Of a stretch of DNA of 64,000 nucleotides, positions 8,663 through 18,308 are shown piece by piece (the first letter of the stretch is position 1; each line of letters opens with the position of its first letter). The translations under genes were made by a program, and so were the position numbers. A model generated the notes under the pieces. The model did no database searches. It was not told where the DNA came from and worked only from the letters and a program-made list of their open reading frames with translations. Source of the DNA: Candidatus Latescibacterota bacterium (GTDB lineage: Bacteria > Latescibacterota > UBA2968 > UBA8231); NCBI GenBank assembly GCA_965243025.1, contig CBDETY010000003.1, positions 320,001 to 384,000 on the forward strand, given 5' to 3'.

Positions 8663-11230
8663 GTGACGGGAGCGAAACGGGTGCAACGGGTTTTTCCGGG
8701 TCTCGCCGTCGCGGCAGCCCTGGCCGTACTGCCGGGGGCCGGCCCCGGCCAGTGCCAGCTCACCAGCCTGCGCATCCCCGGCGACATCGAGTGGAAGCGG
8801 GCCCAGCAGCTTCCCTTCAACCCGGGGGGCTTCTTCGAAAGCGTCGACTTCAAGATCGAGGACGGAATCGCCCCCCTCGACACGGCGCGCTGGGTTCCAC
8901 TCCCCGCCATCCCCGACTCGATCGTCTCCGCCTCCGACTTCGGCTTTGCCGACCGCCGGCTCTTCGACGCCTTCACCCGGCACGTGTCGCGCGACCGCGT
9001 CCTGGCGCGGGCCGAGGTGGTCGAGGAGGGGGCCGTCACCGTCGAGGCGGGAGGTCTGCTGCTGTCCCCGAAAGAGGACTTTCCCCGCACCGTGGCCGGG
9101 GTTCGCCGGTTCCGGGCGGCCGGCATCGACAGCCTGCGCGCCATGGTCAACCTGGCGAATGCCGTCCTCGTCCCGATCGATCCCCAGCTTCTCTTCAGCA
9201 ACTGGCTGCGCTCTCCGACGATATACGAGACCCAGCTGACCAAGGGCCAGGAACAGGCCCTTCTCGAGGCGCTGATCGACGCGGATCCGGAAAACTCCTT
9301 CCGCCGGGTGGACGGCCAGAACCGCCCGGTGCGGAAGCGCTCCGTCGTCATCATCATGGACCTCACGCGCCGGTTTCCGGTCGGCATGGTGCGCTTCTAT
9401 CCCCGGGTGGAGGAAAACCCGCTTCCCATCGCCGGATACAAGCTCGAGGTCCACGACGGGGTCACCGTGAAGCGGGGGAGGGGGGAGCGGATCGCCGAGC
9501 GGGATTTCCTCGGCTTCGGGGGGGGTGCGGAAGCGTCGGCGGGAACGGTGCCGGTGTTCGAGCAGCTGATAATCGACCAGAGCAATACCGAGGACACGGT
9601 GGCGGTCCGCTTCGACGAGCCGGAATACCTTCAGCAGTTCAAGTTCCGCTCCCTGACCGGCCTCGATTTCGACATCGCCGAGTTCGAGGTCTTCAACGAG
9701 GGGTTCACCCCGAAGGCCGTCTACCTCGGGAAACCGCTTCCGGTCGATCCGGCCGGGATCGATGCCATGCTGCGCTACCTGGGCGGCGATCTCTCCCTGC
9801 GGGCCGAGCTCGACCTTTTGCAGGGCGGCACTCTCGGCCGCGTTTCCTGGGATGAGGAGAAGATCGGCGACCCCTCGGCGTCGTCGGCAGCCGTCAGCAT
9901 GCAGACCGGGTTCACCCCCGAGCCGTGGATCCCGATCCGTCTCAACCGCAACGGCGACGCCGTCGAGTGGCGCCCGGACGCCGAGGTGGTGGACCGGCGC
10001 GCCGGCAGTCCCGGCCGCGGAGAGCTCGTCAACCTCGACGATCCGCTGCTGCGGGCCGGCGCCCGCGACGTCTGGAACGCCCTTTCCGACGAGGAGCGCC
10101 TCGTCGCCCGCACGACGTTCCCCGAGTATAACGACCCGGCAATCGTACCGGTCGCCAACAAGCGGACCCGTGCCGGGGAAGTGCTGCCGATACTGCCCGA
10201 TCCCCTGTTCTGGAGCGGATTCCAGCCCCTGGTGAACGGAGAGCGGGCGCAGCTTCCCGGAGAGCGTCCCTTCTTCCAGCTCCGGGTCGACTTCACCAGC
10301 TCCGACCCGGGCGCGGCCACGGTCATCCGCAACCTGCGCATCGAGCAGCTGCTGCCGCCCCTGCTGCGGGAGGTGCGGGCCGAGATCGTGCCGGCAACGG
10401 AGGTGACGGCAGGTATCGACACCCTGTTCACCTACGCGCTGCGGCCCCGGTTGCGGCCGGGCGACCCCGGTTTCAACCGCATCCGCATCCCCACGCCGAC
10501 GCGGATATCCCGGGTCCGGAGCGTCCGCTTCGCCTACGGCCTCGACGGCGTCGAACGCTCGCAAGAGGTCGCGTTCGAGACCGTGGCGAGCGAGGAGGAC
10601 CTGTTCGTCCTCGGCGTTCCCAGGGTGGAGCCCTCGATTGCGGCCGGGGACTCCCTGGTGGTCCTGATCGAGTTCCGCGCCCGCGTCCTCGACGTCAAGA
10701 CCGATTTCACCGGGCACGTCTTCCTCGACACCCTCGGCGCCGCCGAGGGGACCGATTACGGCGGCATCATCACCCTGGTCGGCGGCGGCGCCGACACCCT
10801 GGCGACCATCCTGCCGCAGCGGGTCATGGCGGGGGATGTCCTGTCCTTTCCCGGGGAGCTGTCCGACCGCAATTCACTGGCGGTGGTTACGAGCGTCGCA
10901 CAGCCGGTCGAGGAGGTGATCTCGCGGGTCGGGATCGCCCCGAATCCCTTCACTCCGAACGGGGACGGAATCAACGACTCGGCGGCCATCACCTTCGACG
11001 TCCTGCGCGTGGTCGAGTCGGTACCGGTGACCACCGAGCTGTTCGACCTTTCGGGACGGCTGATCCGCAAATGGGACGCGGAGCGAACCGTCGGCAGCTT
11101 TTCCGAAACCTGGGACGGCAGCGGGGCGGACGGCCGGCTGGTGCCGCCGGGACTCTATCTGCTCAAGCTGAAGAGCGCGACCGACAGCGGCGTCTTCGGG
11201 TCCACCCTGACGGTGTCGGTCGTCTACTGA
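8660..11230 (+). CDS. Large secreted protein A with FlgD-Ig/CHU_C-like C-terminal domain
   Basis: Signal peptide; C-terminal PNPFTPNGDGIND..FDLSGR..WDG..PPGLY..VSVVY. Start uncertain (TTG 8660 or GTG 8681). Confidence 0.85.
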   Translation: MVTGAKRVQRVFPGLAVAAALAVLPGAGPGQCQLTSLRIPGDIEWKRAQQLPFNPGGFFESVDFKIEDGIAPLDTARWVPLPAIPDSIVSASDFGFADRRLFDAFTRHVSRDRVLARAEVVEEGAVTVEAGGLLLSPKEDFPRTVAGVRRFRAAGIDSLRAMVNLANAVLVPIDPQLLFSNWLRSPTIYETQLTKGQEQALLEALIDADPENSFRRVDGQNRPVRKRSVVIIMDLTRRFPVGMVRFYPRVEENPLPIAGYKLEVHDGVTVKRGRGERIAERDFLGFGGGAEASAGTVPVFEQLIIDQSNTEDTVAVRFDEPEYLQQFKFRSLTGLDFDIAEFEVFNEGFTPKAVYLGKPLPVDPAGIDAMLRYLGGDLSLRAELDLLQGGTLGRVSWDEEKIGDPSASSAAVSMQTGFTPEPWIPIRLNRNGDAVEWRPDAEVVDRRAGSPGRGELVNLDDPLLRAGARDVWNALSDEERLVARTTFPEYNDPAIVPVANKRTRAGEVLPILPDPLFWSGFQPLVNGERAQLPGERPFFQLRVDFTSSDPGAATVIRNLRIEQLLPPLLREVRAEIVPATEVTAGIDTLFTYALRPRLRPGDPGFNRIRIPTPTRISRVRSVRFAYGLDGVERSQEVAFETVASEEDLFVLGVPRVEPSIAAGDSLVVLIEFRARVLDVKTDFTGHVFLDTLGAAEGTDYGGIITLVGGGADTLATILPQRVMAGDVLSFPGELSDRNSLAVVTSVAQPVEEVISRVGIAPNPFTPNGDGINDSAAITFDVLRVVESVPVTTELFDLSGRLIRKWDAERTVGSFSETWDGSGADGRLVPPGLYLLKLKSATDSGVFGSTLTVSVVY

Positions 11231-11256
11231 AGGCCGGTGGAGTGGAGGGAGTAAAG

Positions 11257-14200
11257 ATGAGAAGACTGCTGGCCGCCGCGGCGATCGCCACTGCTCTGGC
11301 CACGGAGGCGCCGGCGCAGACCGGGGAGGCGTTCGAGTTCGACGGGACGGGCCGGCGGATCGTCGTCGACCGGGAAACCCACTGGCGCAGCTGGGTGTAC
11401 CAGAACAACCTGGTCCGGGACGTGCGCGCGCCGATGGACTCGACCGGCCTGTTCGACTTCTCCGAGGGCGTCGTGCCCCGCTACTTCCCGGCGGTCAGGA
11501 ACTACGTCCTCGACCGGGAGGAGTTCAGCTTCGTCGACAACGTGCGCTTCCGCGGGCAGACGGTGACGGTCACCGGTCAGATCACCGCCCTGTCCAACGA
11601 CGCGCTGGCAGGGCGCGTCGGCGACGGAGACCTGACGACCTTCTGGGAGCCGTCCAGCGCCGACTTCAACGCCGAGGGGCTGCGCAACTGGCAGCTCCTC
11701 GTCGACCTCGGGCGGGTGGTGTTCGCCGACAGCATCGTCGTCCACTTCCCCCCCGCCGGAACCGGGGAAGACCTCGGCGACGCCCCCAAACTGTTCACCG
11801 TCGAGGTGTCGATGGGAATACAGGCCGGGGCCAGGGAGTACCACTTCGACGTCGTCGGCAGACAGTCGGTGTCCGGAAGCCAGCGCCGTTTCGTCTTCCC
11901 CCTGAGACCCCTCGACCAGGCCGACGCCGATCTCGACGGGGAGCCCGACTTCGAGGGAACCTTCGTGCACTTCGTCCGGCTGGCCGTCTTCGACAGCGAC
12001 CTCGATGCCGCCGAGCTGATCGGCGAAGGGGAAAGCGGGCGCGAGGCCTACGAGGCCCTGGCACCGGAGCGGCGGGGCATGCGCATCTTCCAGCGGCGGA
12101 CCGCTGGCGACTTCGTCAAGCGCATCGATCCCCTGCTCGGGGACGGCGGGGACACCCTGCAGACCGCCGAAGAGACCTACCTCTCCCTTCCCGATCCGGA
12201 ACGGGGTCCGATCCAGTACTTCAAGCGGGAGCTGCCGCGGGTATCCGAGATCGAGGTCATCGGCCGCGGACCGAACCTCGCGTACCGGCCACAGCGCCGC
12301 GCCGGGGCCGCGTACGAGGACGGCGGCAAGGGCGCCCCCCTCAACGCCGTCGACGGGGTCTACCTGACCAACTGGAACGGCAACGCCTGGGACCTGTCGT
12401 TCTCGAGCGGATTCGCCGGCCACGGAGATCTCGTGTTCGGCACCATGTGGCTCGATCTCGGGGCGACTTTCTGGATCGACCGGATCCTGCTCGGCATGGT
12501 GCCGGTCAGCGAAACGGAGACCGGGGGGATCCTCTTCGGCTGGTACCTCGACGGGTCGGACGGCACCGTCCTGCGCGCCCTCGACATGCGGACCCCGGAG
12601 GATTTCATCCAGCTCGAGAAGAGCCTGGAGTGGAGGGACCTGGTCAGCGATGTCTACAAGGACAACAACACCGCCCGGGTGCGCATGATGGCCGAGTCCT
12701 TCGAGCTGCGCAAGCTGCGCTTCTTCCAGCAGCGCAACGACGACCCCACGGGGCGTTTCTCGGGCACCTACGGGGCCGCCGGCCACTTCAACGAGCTGCA
12801 GATGTTCGGGCGCGGCTATCCCGCCGAGGTCAGCTTCACCTCTCCCGAGATCGTGCTGCTGCCGGGGGTCGCCAGGGAGGAGGCGGCCGGCGTGCGCGAG
12901 CGCCGCGTCCTGTCGGAAATCCGCTGGGAGGCGGAGGCCGTGGTGCGGGAGGTCGATCCGCAAACGGGGCAGGCCGTCGAGAGGACCGGGCCCCTCGACC
13001 TGAACCCGGCGGTGGAGCTGTGGCTGCAGACACGCACCAGCGACACCATCGACTCGCTGTTTTCCTACTTCCAGGTCGCCACCACGGGCACGAAGAGGCG
13101 AGCCGAAGTCGAGGTGGCCGACTACGAGGCGCTCGTCGAGCTGTGGGAGGTGTTCCGCACCTGGGAGGCCCTTCCCGAAAGCGCGCAGATTACCCTCCGC
13201 GATCACAGCGACGGCGACGATGACGGGGACGGGGTGGCCAACGAGGATCCGATAGACGGGTTGGACAATGACGGCGACAAGCTCATCGACGAGGATGCGG
13301 GGGAAGGGGAGACGGGCGGGCCCCAGTCGATTCGCGGAGCCGGGACCATCGAGCTGACCAGGCACCAGCGCCGCCAGGACGACGACGGGGACGGCGCCGA
13401 GGACGAGGATCCCATCGACGGGATCGACAACGACGGCGACTTCCTCGTCGACGAGGACGGGAAGAAGGCGGCTCAACCCCGCCAGGAAGCCGAGCGGGTG
13501 GTGACGCCGGTTTTCGCCGGTTGGAGCGCCTGGAGCGAGCCGTACAAGGCAATCGGAACCGAGGCGAGGGCGGAGATCACCTCCCCGAGCCCGCGGAAAT
13601 TCCTGCAGGCCCGGGTCACGATCCGGTCCGAGGATCCCGAGGTCACCGCGCGCATCCGCTCCCTGAGGGTTGACCTGGCCGTGCCGATCAGCACCGACCT
13701 GGCCGGAGAGCTGGCGGTGCTGACCGACGCCGGCCGGCAGCTGAGCGGCCTTGCGGCGGCGCCGGAGGATTACAGGGCGCCGCAGGGCGTCGAGCCGCTG
13801 GAACGGACGCCGTACGCCTTCTTCGTGCGCGCCGCCGGGCCGGACCCGAACGCACCGGAAGCGGCCGGGGGGTTCGACGAGATCCTGCTGCTGACCCCCT
13901 CGCAAGCCCGGCTGACCGGGTTGCGCCTGGGACGGGTGGCGGTCGAGGATCTTCCCGGGGCCGAGAGCAAGGCCGAACGCCGGGCCGAAGGGAGCGTCTT
14001 CGAGCGCGCCTTCCTGCCCGGGGAAGGGGACGGCCGTTTCCGCGACGGCGAGGGCAACGAGCTGATCGCAACCGCCTCGGGCGACTCGCTGCTGCTGCGT
14101 TTTCCCGGGTCGGTGAACGCCGGGTTTTCGGAAAAAGAGAACGCCCTCGTCGAGCTGCGCTTCGAGACCCGGACCCTGAGGGCGGGAAGCGAGTTCGCCG

Positions 14201-14643
14201 CCCTGGTGCGCAACGCCGCCGGCTCCGGCGTTTTCCAGCGCGTCGAGTCCGAGGGGCGGGACGCCACCGAGCTGGTGGACAGCGGCACGGCGCGGCCGGG
14301 TATTCTGCAGGCCGGCGAGATCGTCGGCGGGATCCGCGTTCCGGAGGTGTTCACCCCGAACGGAGACGGGGTCAACGACCTGCTCCATATCGAGTTCACC
14401 GTCCTGACGATCCGCGAGGACCGCCCGGTCGAGGTCGCGCTCCACGACCTCTCGGGCCGGCGGATAGCGAAGGCGACGCCGCGGGGCGGGGCCGGCAAAA
14501 CCCGGAGCGGGACCGTGAGCTTCACCTGGGACGGCAGGGCCGGAGAAGGGATGGCCCCGCCCGGGATCTACATCGCCCGAGTGCGGCTGAATACGGACGC
14601 GGAGGATTTCGAGGCGGTGCGGCTGGTCAACGTCGTCTATTGA
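11257..14643 (+). CDS. Large secreted protein B with Asp-rich Ca-binding-like repeats and FlgD-Ig/CHU_C-like C-terminal domain
   Basis: ATG 11257 after GGAGGGAG; signal MRRLLAAAAIATALATEAPA; discoidin-like DGDLTTFW..VDLGR; DNDGD repeats; PEVFTPNGDGVND..WDG..PPGIY..VNVVY. Confidence 0.87.
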   Translation: MRRLLAAAAIATALATEAPAQTGEAFEFDGTGRRIVVDRETHWRSWVYQNNLVRDVRAPMDSTGLFDFSEGVVPRYFPAVRNYVLDREEFSFVDNVRFRGQTVTVTGQITALSNDALAGRVGDGDLTTFWEPSSADFNAEGLRNWQLLVDLGRVVFADSIVVHFPPAGTGEDLGDAPKLFTVEVSMGIQAGAREYHFDVVGRQSVSGSQRRFVFPLRPLDQADADLDGEPDFEGTFVHFVRLAVFDSDLDAAELIGEGESGREAYEALAPERRGMRIFQRRTAGDFVKRIDPLLGDGGDTLQTAEETYLSLPDPERGPIQYFKRELPRVSEIEVIGRGPNLAYRPQRRAGAAYEDGGKGAPLNAVDGVYLTNWNGNAWDLSFSSGFAGHGDLVFGTMWLDLGATFWIDRILLGMVPVSETETGGILFGWYLDGSDGTVLRALDMRTPEDFIQLEKSLEWRDLVSDVYKDNNTARVRMMAESFELRKLRFFQQRNDDPTGRFSGTYGAAGHFNELQMFGRGYPAEVSFTSPEIVLLPGVAREEAAGVRERRVLSEIRWEAEAVVREVDPQTGQAVERTGPLDLNPAVELWLQTRTSDTIDSLFSYFQVATTGTKRRAEVEVADYEALVELWEVFRTWEALPESAQITLRDHSDGDDDGDGVANEDPIDGLDNDGDKLIDEDAGEGETGGPQSIRGAGTIELTRHQRRQDDDGDGAEDEDPIDGIDNDGDFLVDEDGKKAAQPRQEAERVVTPVFAGWSAWSEPYKAIGTEARAEITSPSPRKFLQARVTIRSEDPEVTARIRSLRVDLAVPISTDLAGELAVLTDAGRQLSGLAAAPEDYRAPQGVEPLERTPYAFFVRAAGPDPNAPEAAGGFDEILLLTPSQARLTGLRLGRVAVEDLPGAESKAERRAEGSVFERAFLPGEGDGRFRDGEGNELIATASGDSLLLRFPGSVNAGFSEKENALVELRFETRTLRAGSEFAALVRNAAGSGVFQRVESEGRDATELVDSGTARPGILQAGEIVGGIRVPEVFTPNGDGVNDLLHIEFTVLTIREDRPVEVALHDLSGRRIAKATPRGGAGKTRSGTVSFTWDGRAGEGMAPPGIYIARVRLNTDAEDFEAVRLVNVVY
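13216..13458 (+). repeat. Two copies of the DDDGDGxxxEDPIDGxDNDGDxLxDED peptide repeat
   Basis: Read from the translation of 11257-14643. Confidence 0.85.
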
Positions 14644-14737
14644 GCCGGGTATGGTACCTGCGCGCGTAAATGAGCGTTGCGAACGAGGATGTCTGATGCG
14701 GGATGCAGGGCGGCCGAATTCAGGCGGAAGTGCGCGC

Positions 14738-14757
14738 GCCGGCATTTGTATGCCGGC
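14738..14757 (+). promoter_or_regulatory. Intergenic inverted repeat GCCGGCAT-ttgt-ATGCCGGC upstream of the RBS of 14779
   Basis: Perfect 8-bp stem; function unknown (mRNA stabiliser or operator). Confidence 0.35.
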
Positions 14758-14778
14758 ATTCACAAGGGAGGGTTTAGC

Positions 14779-17556
14779 GTGAACGAGCGAGGCAAGGGAG
14801 CCGGCGGGCTCCTCGTGCTCCTTGCATTCTGTACCCTGGCGGCGGCCCCCGTTTCCTCCCGGGAGGACACGGGAACCCGGCTGGGGGTGCGCCGCGGGGG
14901 GGAGGTGACCTTCGAACCCTACGGCCCCGGCGTCCTGTTCGGGGCTCTCGACCCGGCCGTGAAGAGGTGGTACGTGCCCCAGGAGCTGTTCAACGACTTC
15001 GGCTGGAACCAGTGGGAGTACACCAACTACGCCCGCCGGCAGTTCCAGCGCTACGTCGACTCCGACATCGAGGGGGACTACTACTACGACGTCTACGGCC
15101 GCTTCCTGACCAAGGGCTGGCTGCTGTTCAACTGGACGGTGTCCGAGCCTGAGGCCGCCGGCAGCCGGCTGTTGAAGACGGGGCAGTTCAGCCAGTGGTT
15201 CAGCAACCTCGTGGTCGCCTCGGACTCGAAGGGCCAGTACTTCGCCGCGGCGACCGTGGGCAACCAGATCCGCACCACCCTGACGCCGCTGACCTTCTCC
15301 AAGCCGCTTTTCGACGGCATCCAGATGGACATGGCCTCCGACAAGTACAGGGTCACCGCCATCGCCTCGCGGCCGAGCGGCTTTCGCAGCCTTGCCGGCG
15401 CCCCCAACGAGAGGTCGAACGTCACCAACCTCCTCGGCGGCCGGGCGGCGGCGCAGATCGGGGACTTCGTCGAGCTCGGCGTTACCTACGTCAACGCCTT
15501 CAACGCCCGCACCCGCGGCCAGGCGTTCCAGGGCAATCCCTTCCGCGGCGCCCTGACGGAGGCCCAGAACGCCGACATCACGCAGGTGCAGATCCGCCTG
15601 AGCGACGACTCCCCCCAGGACCCGGCGGGGGCGGCCTTCTTCCTCGAAGAGGTGATCATCACCGACAAGGACGGCAACAGGATCTCCAACCGCCGGCGCC
15701 TCGAGCAGAAGGACGGCAGCCTGAGCCCCGTGCTCGAGTACTCTCCCATCATCGAGGGGGGCTTCCAGCGCGAGGGTTTCCGCACCGCCGACGGCCGCGA
15801 GACGATCACCCTGCGCTACGAGTTCGACGGACCCGACTACCGGGCCGCGGGGGTAGGGCCCCAGCCGGCGGAGATCGCCGCGGTCGAGTTCCGCCTGCTG
15901 CTGGCCAACGACTACCGCATCGACGTCACCTCGAACAACCAGACCAACCAGCTCAACCAGCCGGTGTTCCTGTCCGAGGGCATGCCGGAACGGACCATAC
16001 GGGCTCCGGGCAACGTCAGGGACGGCTCCAACCAGCGCTTCGTCCGCATCGAGTACGGGCTGCCCACGGCCAACGAGATCTACGGCTTCACCCTCGAGTC
16101 GACGGGCGCCCTGGGTTTCGACGTCAACGCCGAGTGGGCCCGCAACCGGCGGCACAAGCGGTTTCCGAGGTTCGCCGAAAACGACGCGACGAAGAACCTC
16201 CACGCGGTGGAGGAATCCGACGCCTGGATGATCAACGTATCGCGGCAGTCTTACCCGTTCTTCCTCTTCGGCGAGGCGTACAGCATGGCCCCGGACTACA
16301 GCACCAGCTCGTACCTCGCCAGCCAGCGCGGCGACACCGGCCCGGTGGACTACGACTCGCAGTCGCAGGGGGTGTTCGAGCTGGTCGACGACAACGACGA
16401 CCAGGACCGCCTCCCCGACTGGCAGCGGGTGGGATCCGGCCTCTCCGCCGACCGCTTCGTGTTCCCGGGCTGGGACGAGAACAACGACTTCATCGCCGAC
16501 TTCAACCAGAACAACGTCGACATCGTGCGGCCCAACCTGAAGCCGGACTGGGAGGAGCCCTTCCTGCGCTACAACGTCGACCGGCCCGAGTACCTGTTCG
16601 GAGTCGACATGAACAACAACGGCGTCGCCGACCGCTTCGAGAACGACGACGAGCCCGACTACCCGTACAAGCGGGACCGCCGCGGCTTCAACGTCTACGG
16701 AGGCGCCTTCCTCGGACCCTGGACGCGGCTGACCGTGGGCCGCCTGGACGAGAGACAGCTCGCCGACGACCGCGCCAACGAGTCGACCTACGCCCTGCTG
16801 ACCTACGAGCGCGACTTCGCCGGCGCCGGGCAGGTGCGCGTCTTCGAGAACCTGCGCCGCGTCAGGGACGACATAAAGGACAACCTGCTGGTCTGGCACA
16901 TCGCCGACGGCATCGCCGGCGAGATCGTCCCCCGCGTCGACCCGCTGCCGATGCGCGACGCCTGGGCGAACACCCTGTACGCCCAGTTCGACCTCGGGCG
17001 CTGGGAGTCGCTGAACTTCACCAGCAAGGTCAAGCACGAGTTCATCCGCCAGGTCGGCTTCGAGGAGTTCCGCGCCGAAAACAGGGTGCTCGCCAGCGAG
17101 GACGTGCGCGAAACCGCGAGCTTCTTCGGCCTCGTCAACAAGGTGGACTACACCCGGGAGTACCGCGGCCTGCTGGTTCAGCCCCGCTGGAAAAGCGAGT
17201 TCCAGCGCAGCGCGCCCTCCCTGAAGGAGAGCCAGTTCGAGCGCGCGACGACGGAGCTGCGGGAGTCGGTTTTCCTGATCGTCCGCATGCCGGTCCTGTC
17301 GCGCAGCTCGGTGCAGCTCGGGGCCGAGTACCTGTGGATGAAACAGTTCCGGGACAGCGCCAGGAACACCCTGGCCGGCTCGCCTCGCAGCGAACTGGTC
17401 GGCGCCCTGCAGGTGCTCAACCGCACCCCTTACCAGGGGTACGAGATCTTCACCGAGTACGGCCTGCGCGTCTCGAGGATCGACATCGAGTTCCTCGAAG
17501 GGGCGCGCACCGAGACGTTCCTCTTCTTCGCCATGTACGCCGGTTTCGGGAGCTGA
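14779..17556 (+). CDS. Large predicted outer-membrane protein (about 925 aa), unknown family
   Basis: GTG 14779 after GGGAGG; signal peptide; central Asp/Asn-rich loops (VDDNDDQD, DENNDFIAD, DMNNNGVAD); amphipathic beta-strand C-terminal region ending TFLFFAMYAGFGS. Confidence 0.8.
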   Translation: MNERGKGAGGLLVLLAFCTLAAAPVSSREDTGTRLGVRRGGEVTFEPYGPGVLFGALDPAVKRWYVPQELFNDFGWNQWEYTNYARRQFQRYVDSDIEGDYYYDVYGRFLTKGWLLFNWTVSEPEAAGSRLLKTGQFSQWFSNLVVASDSKGQYFAAATVGNQIRTTLTPLTFSKPLFDGIQMDMASDKYRVTAIASRPSGFRSLAGAPNERSNVTNLLGGRAAAQIGDFVELGVTYVNAFNARTRGQAFQGNPFRGALTEAQNADITQVQIRLSDDSPQDPAGAAFFLEEVIITDKDGNRISNRRRLEQKDGSLSPVLEYSPIIEGGFQREGFRTADGRETITLRYEFDGPDYRAAGVGPQPAEIAAVEFRLLLANDYRIDVTSNNQTNQLNQPVFLSEGMPERTIRAPGNVRDGSNQRFVRIEYGLPTANEIYGFTLESTGALGFDVNAEWARNRRHKRFPRFAENDATKNLHAVEESDAWMINVSRQSYPFFLFGEAYSMAPDYSTSSYLASQRGDTGPVDYDSQSQGVFELVDDNDDQDRLPDWQRVGSGLSADRFVFPGWDENNDFIADFNQNNVDIVRPNLKPDWEEPFLRYNVDRPEYLFGVDMNNNGVADRFENDDEPDYPYKRDRRGFNVYGGAFLGPWTRLTVGRLDERQLADDRANESTYALLTYERDFAGAGQVRVFENLRRVRDDIKDNLLVWHIADGIAGEIVPRVDPLPMRDAWANTLYAQFDLGRWESLNFTSKVKHEFIRQVGFEEFRAENRVLASEDVRETASFFGLVNKVDYTREYRGLLVQPRWKSEFQRSAPSLKESQFERATTELRESVFLIVRMPVLSRSSVQLGAEYLWMKQFRDSARNTLAGSPRSELVGALQVLNRTPYQGYEIFTEYGLRVSRIDIEFLEGARTETFLFFAMYAGFGS

Positions 17557-17561
17557 CGGTC

Positions 17562-18308
17562 ATGACGGTTCGAGCCATCTGTCGGGCCGCATGCGCGGCG
17601 GCGGTCTTTCTCGCCGGCGCCTGCGCCTGGAAACCTTACGCCGGGGAGCTGCGCGCCAGCTCCGAGGAGCGGCAGGCGGGCGGCACCACCGTTGCCGACG
17701 ACGGCACGGTCACCTTTGTCCGCGACCGCCTCGAGGTGCGGCTGCGGCCGGTCAGCGACGCCGAGCTCGAGCGCCAGTTCGGGGGCGGCGGCCAGGGTCC
17801 GGAAAGCGAGAACCCGTTCACCTTCGGGGGCACCCGGGACGTCTACTCCGGCAGCCGCCAGCAGCGGTTCACGGTGTTCCTGCTCGGGATCAAGAACTAC
17901 CAGTATCCCAAGGTCCGCCTCGACGGGGAGGTCGTCGTCGAAGCGGACAACGGCCGCAAGTACTACGATCTCTCGGAAAGCCAGCTGGACCGCTACTTCC
18001 GCGCCTACGCCATCGGCTACCGCGGCAACGAGTACGGGGTGTACAAGGAACGCCGGGCGGTCCTGCAGTCGACGATGTTCACCCGTGCGGAGGTCTTCAG
18101 CGGCCAGGAGACGGAGGGGTACCTGCTGTTCGAGCCGTTGCACGGCGACGTTTCTGAGATGACGGTCGTCGTCAGGAACCTCGTGGTCCGCTTCGACTAC
18201 CGGGGGGAGCCGGTCGAGTCGATCGAGGCGCGCTTCCGCTTCGAGCGCGACCTCGGGCGGCAGTACCCCGACGGCACCGTGAAGCTGTCGGAAGGGGGAG
18301 GGGAATGA
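17562..18308 (+). CDS. Hypothetical lipoprotein (248 aa)
   Basis: ATG 5 nt after the upstream stop; MTVRAICRAACAAAVFLAGAC lipobox-like signal; 3' part of track ORF 15195-18308. Confidence 0.8.
   Translation: MTVRAICRAACAAAVFLAGACAWKPYAGELRASSEERQAGGTTVADDGTVTFVRDRLEVRLRPVSDAELERQFGGGGQGPESENPFTFGGTRDVYSGSRQQRFTVFLLGIKNYQYPKVRLDGEVVVEADNGRKYYDLSESQLDRYFRAYAIGYRGNEYGVYKERRAVLQSTMFTRAEVFSGQETEGYLLFEPLHGDVSEMTVVVRNLVVRFDYRGEPVESIEARFRFERDLGRQYPDGTVKLSEGGGE

Noticed and set aside
11224-17037. 1937-aa minus-strand ORF, and other long antisense or alternative-frame ORFs (e.g. 1305-3431, 8597-10717, 46566-48854, 56352-59681)
   Set aside because: Shadow frames of high-GC genes. They show no family motifs and overlap well-supported genes.
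14779-17556. TonB-dependent receptor, BamA, SprA or PorP assignment
   Set aside because: I could not recognise a plug, TonB box, POTRA or PorP motif, and the size does not fit SprA or PorP. Left unassigned.
15195-18308. Full-length track ORFs 15195-18308, 43261-44919, 49720-52749 and 53050-56055
   Set aside because: Only their 3' parts are real genes. The 5' parts are alternative frames of upstream genes, so the starts were reassigned.
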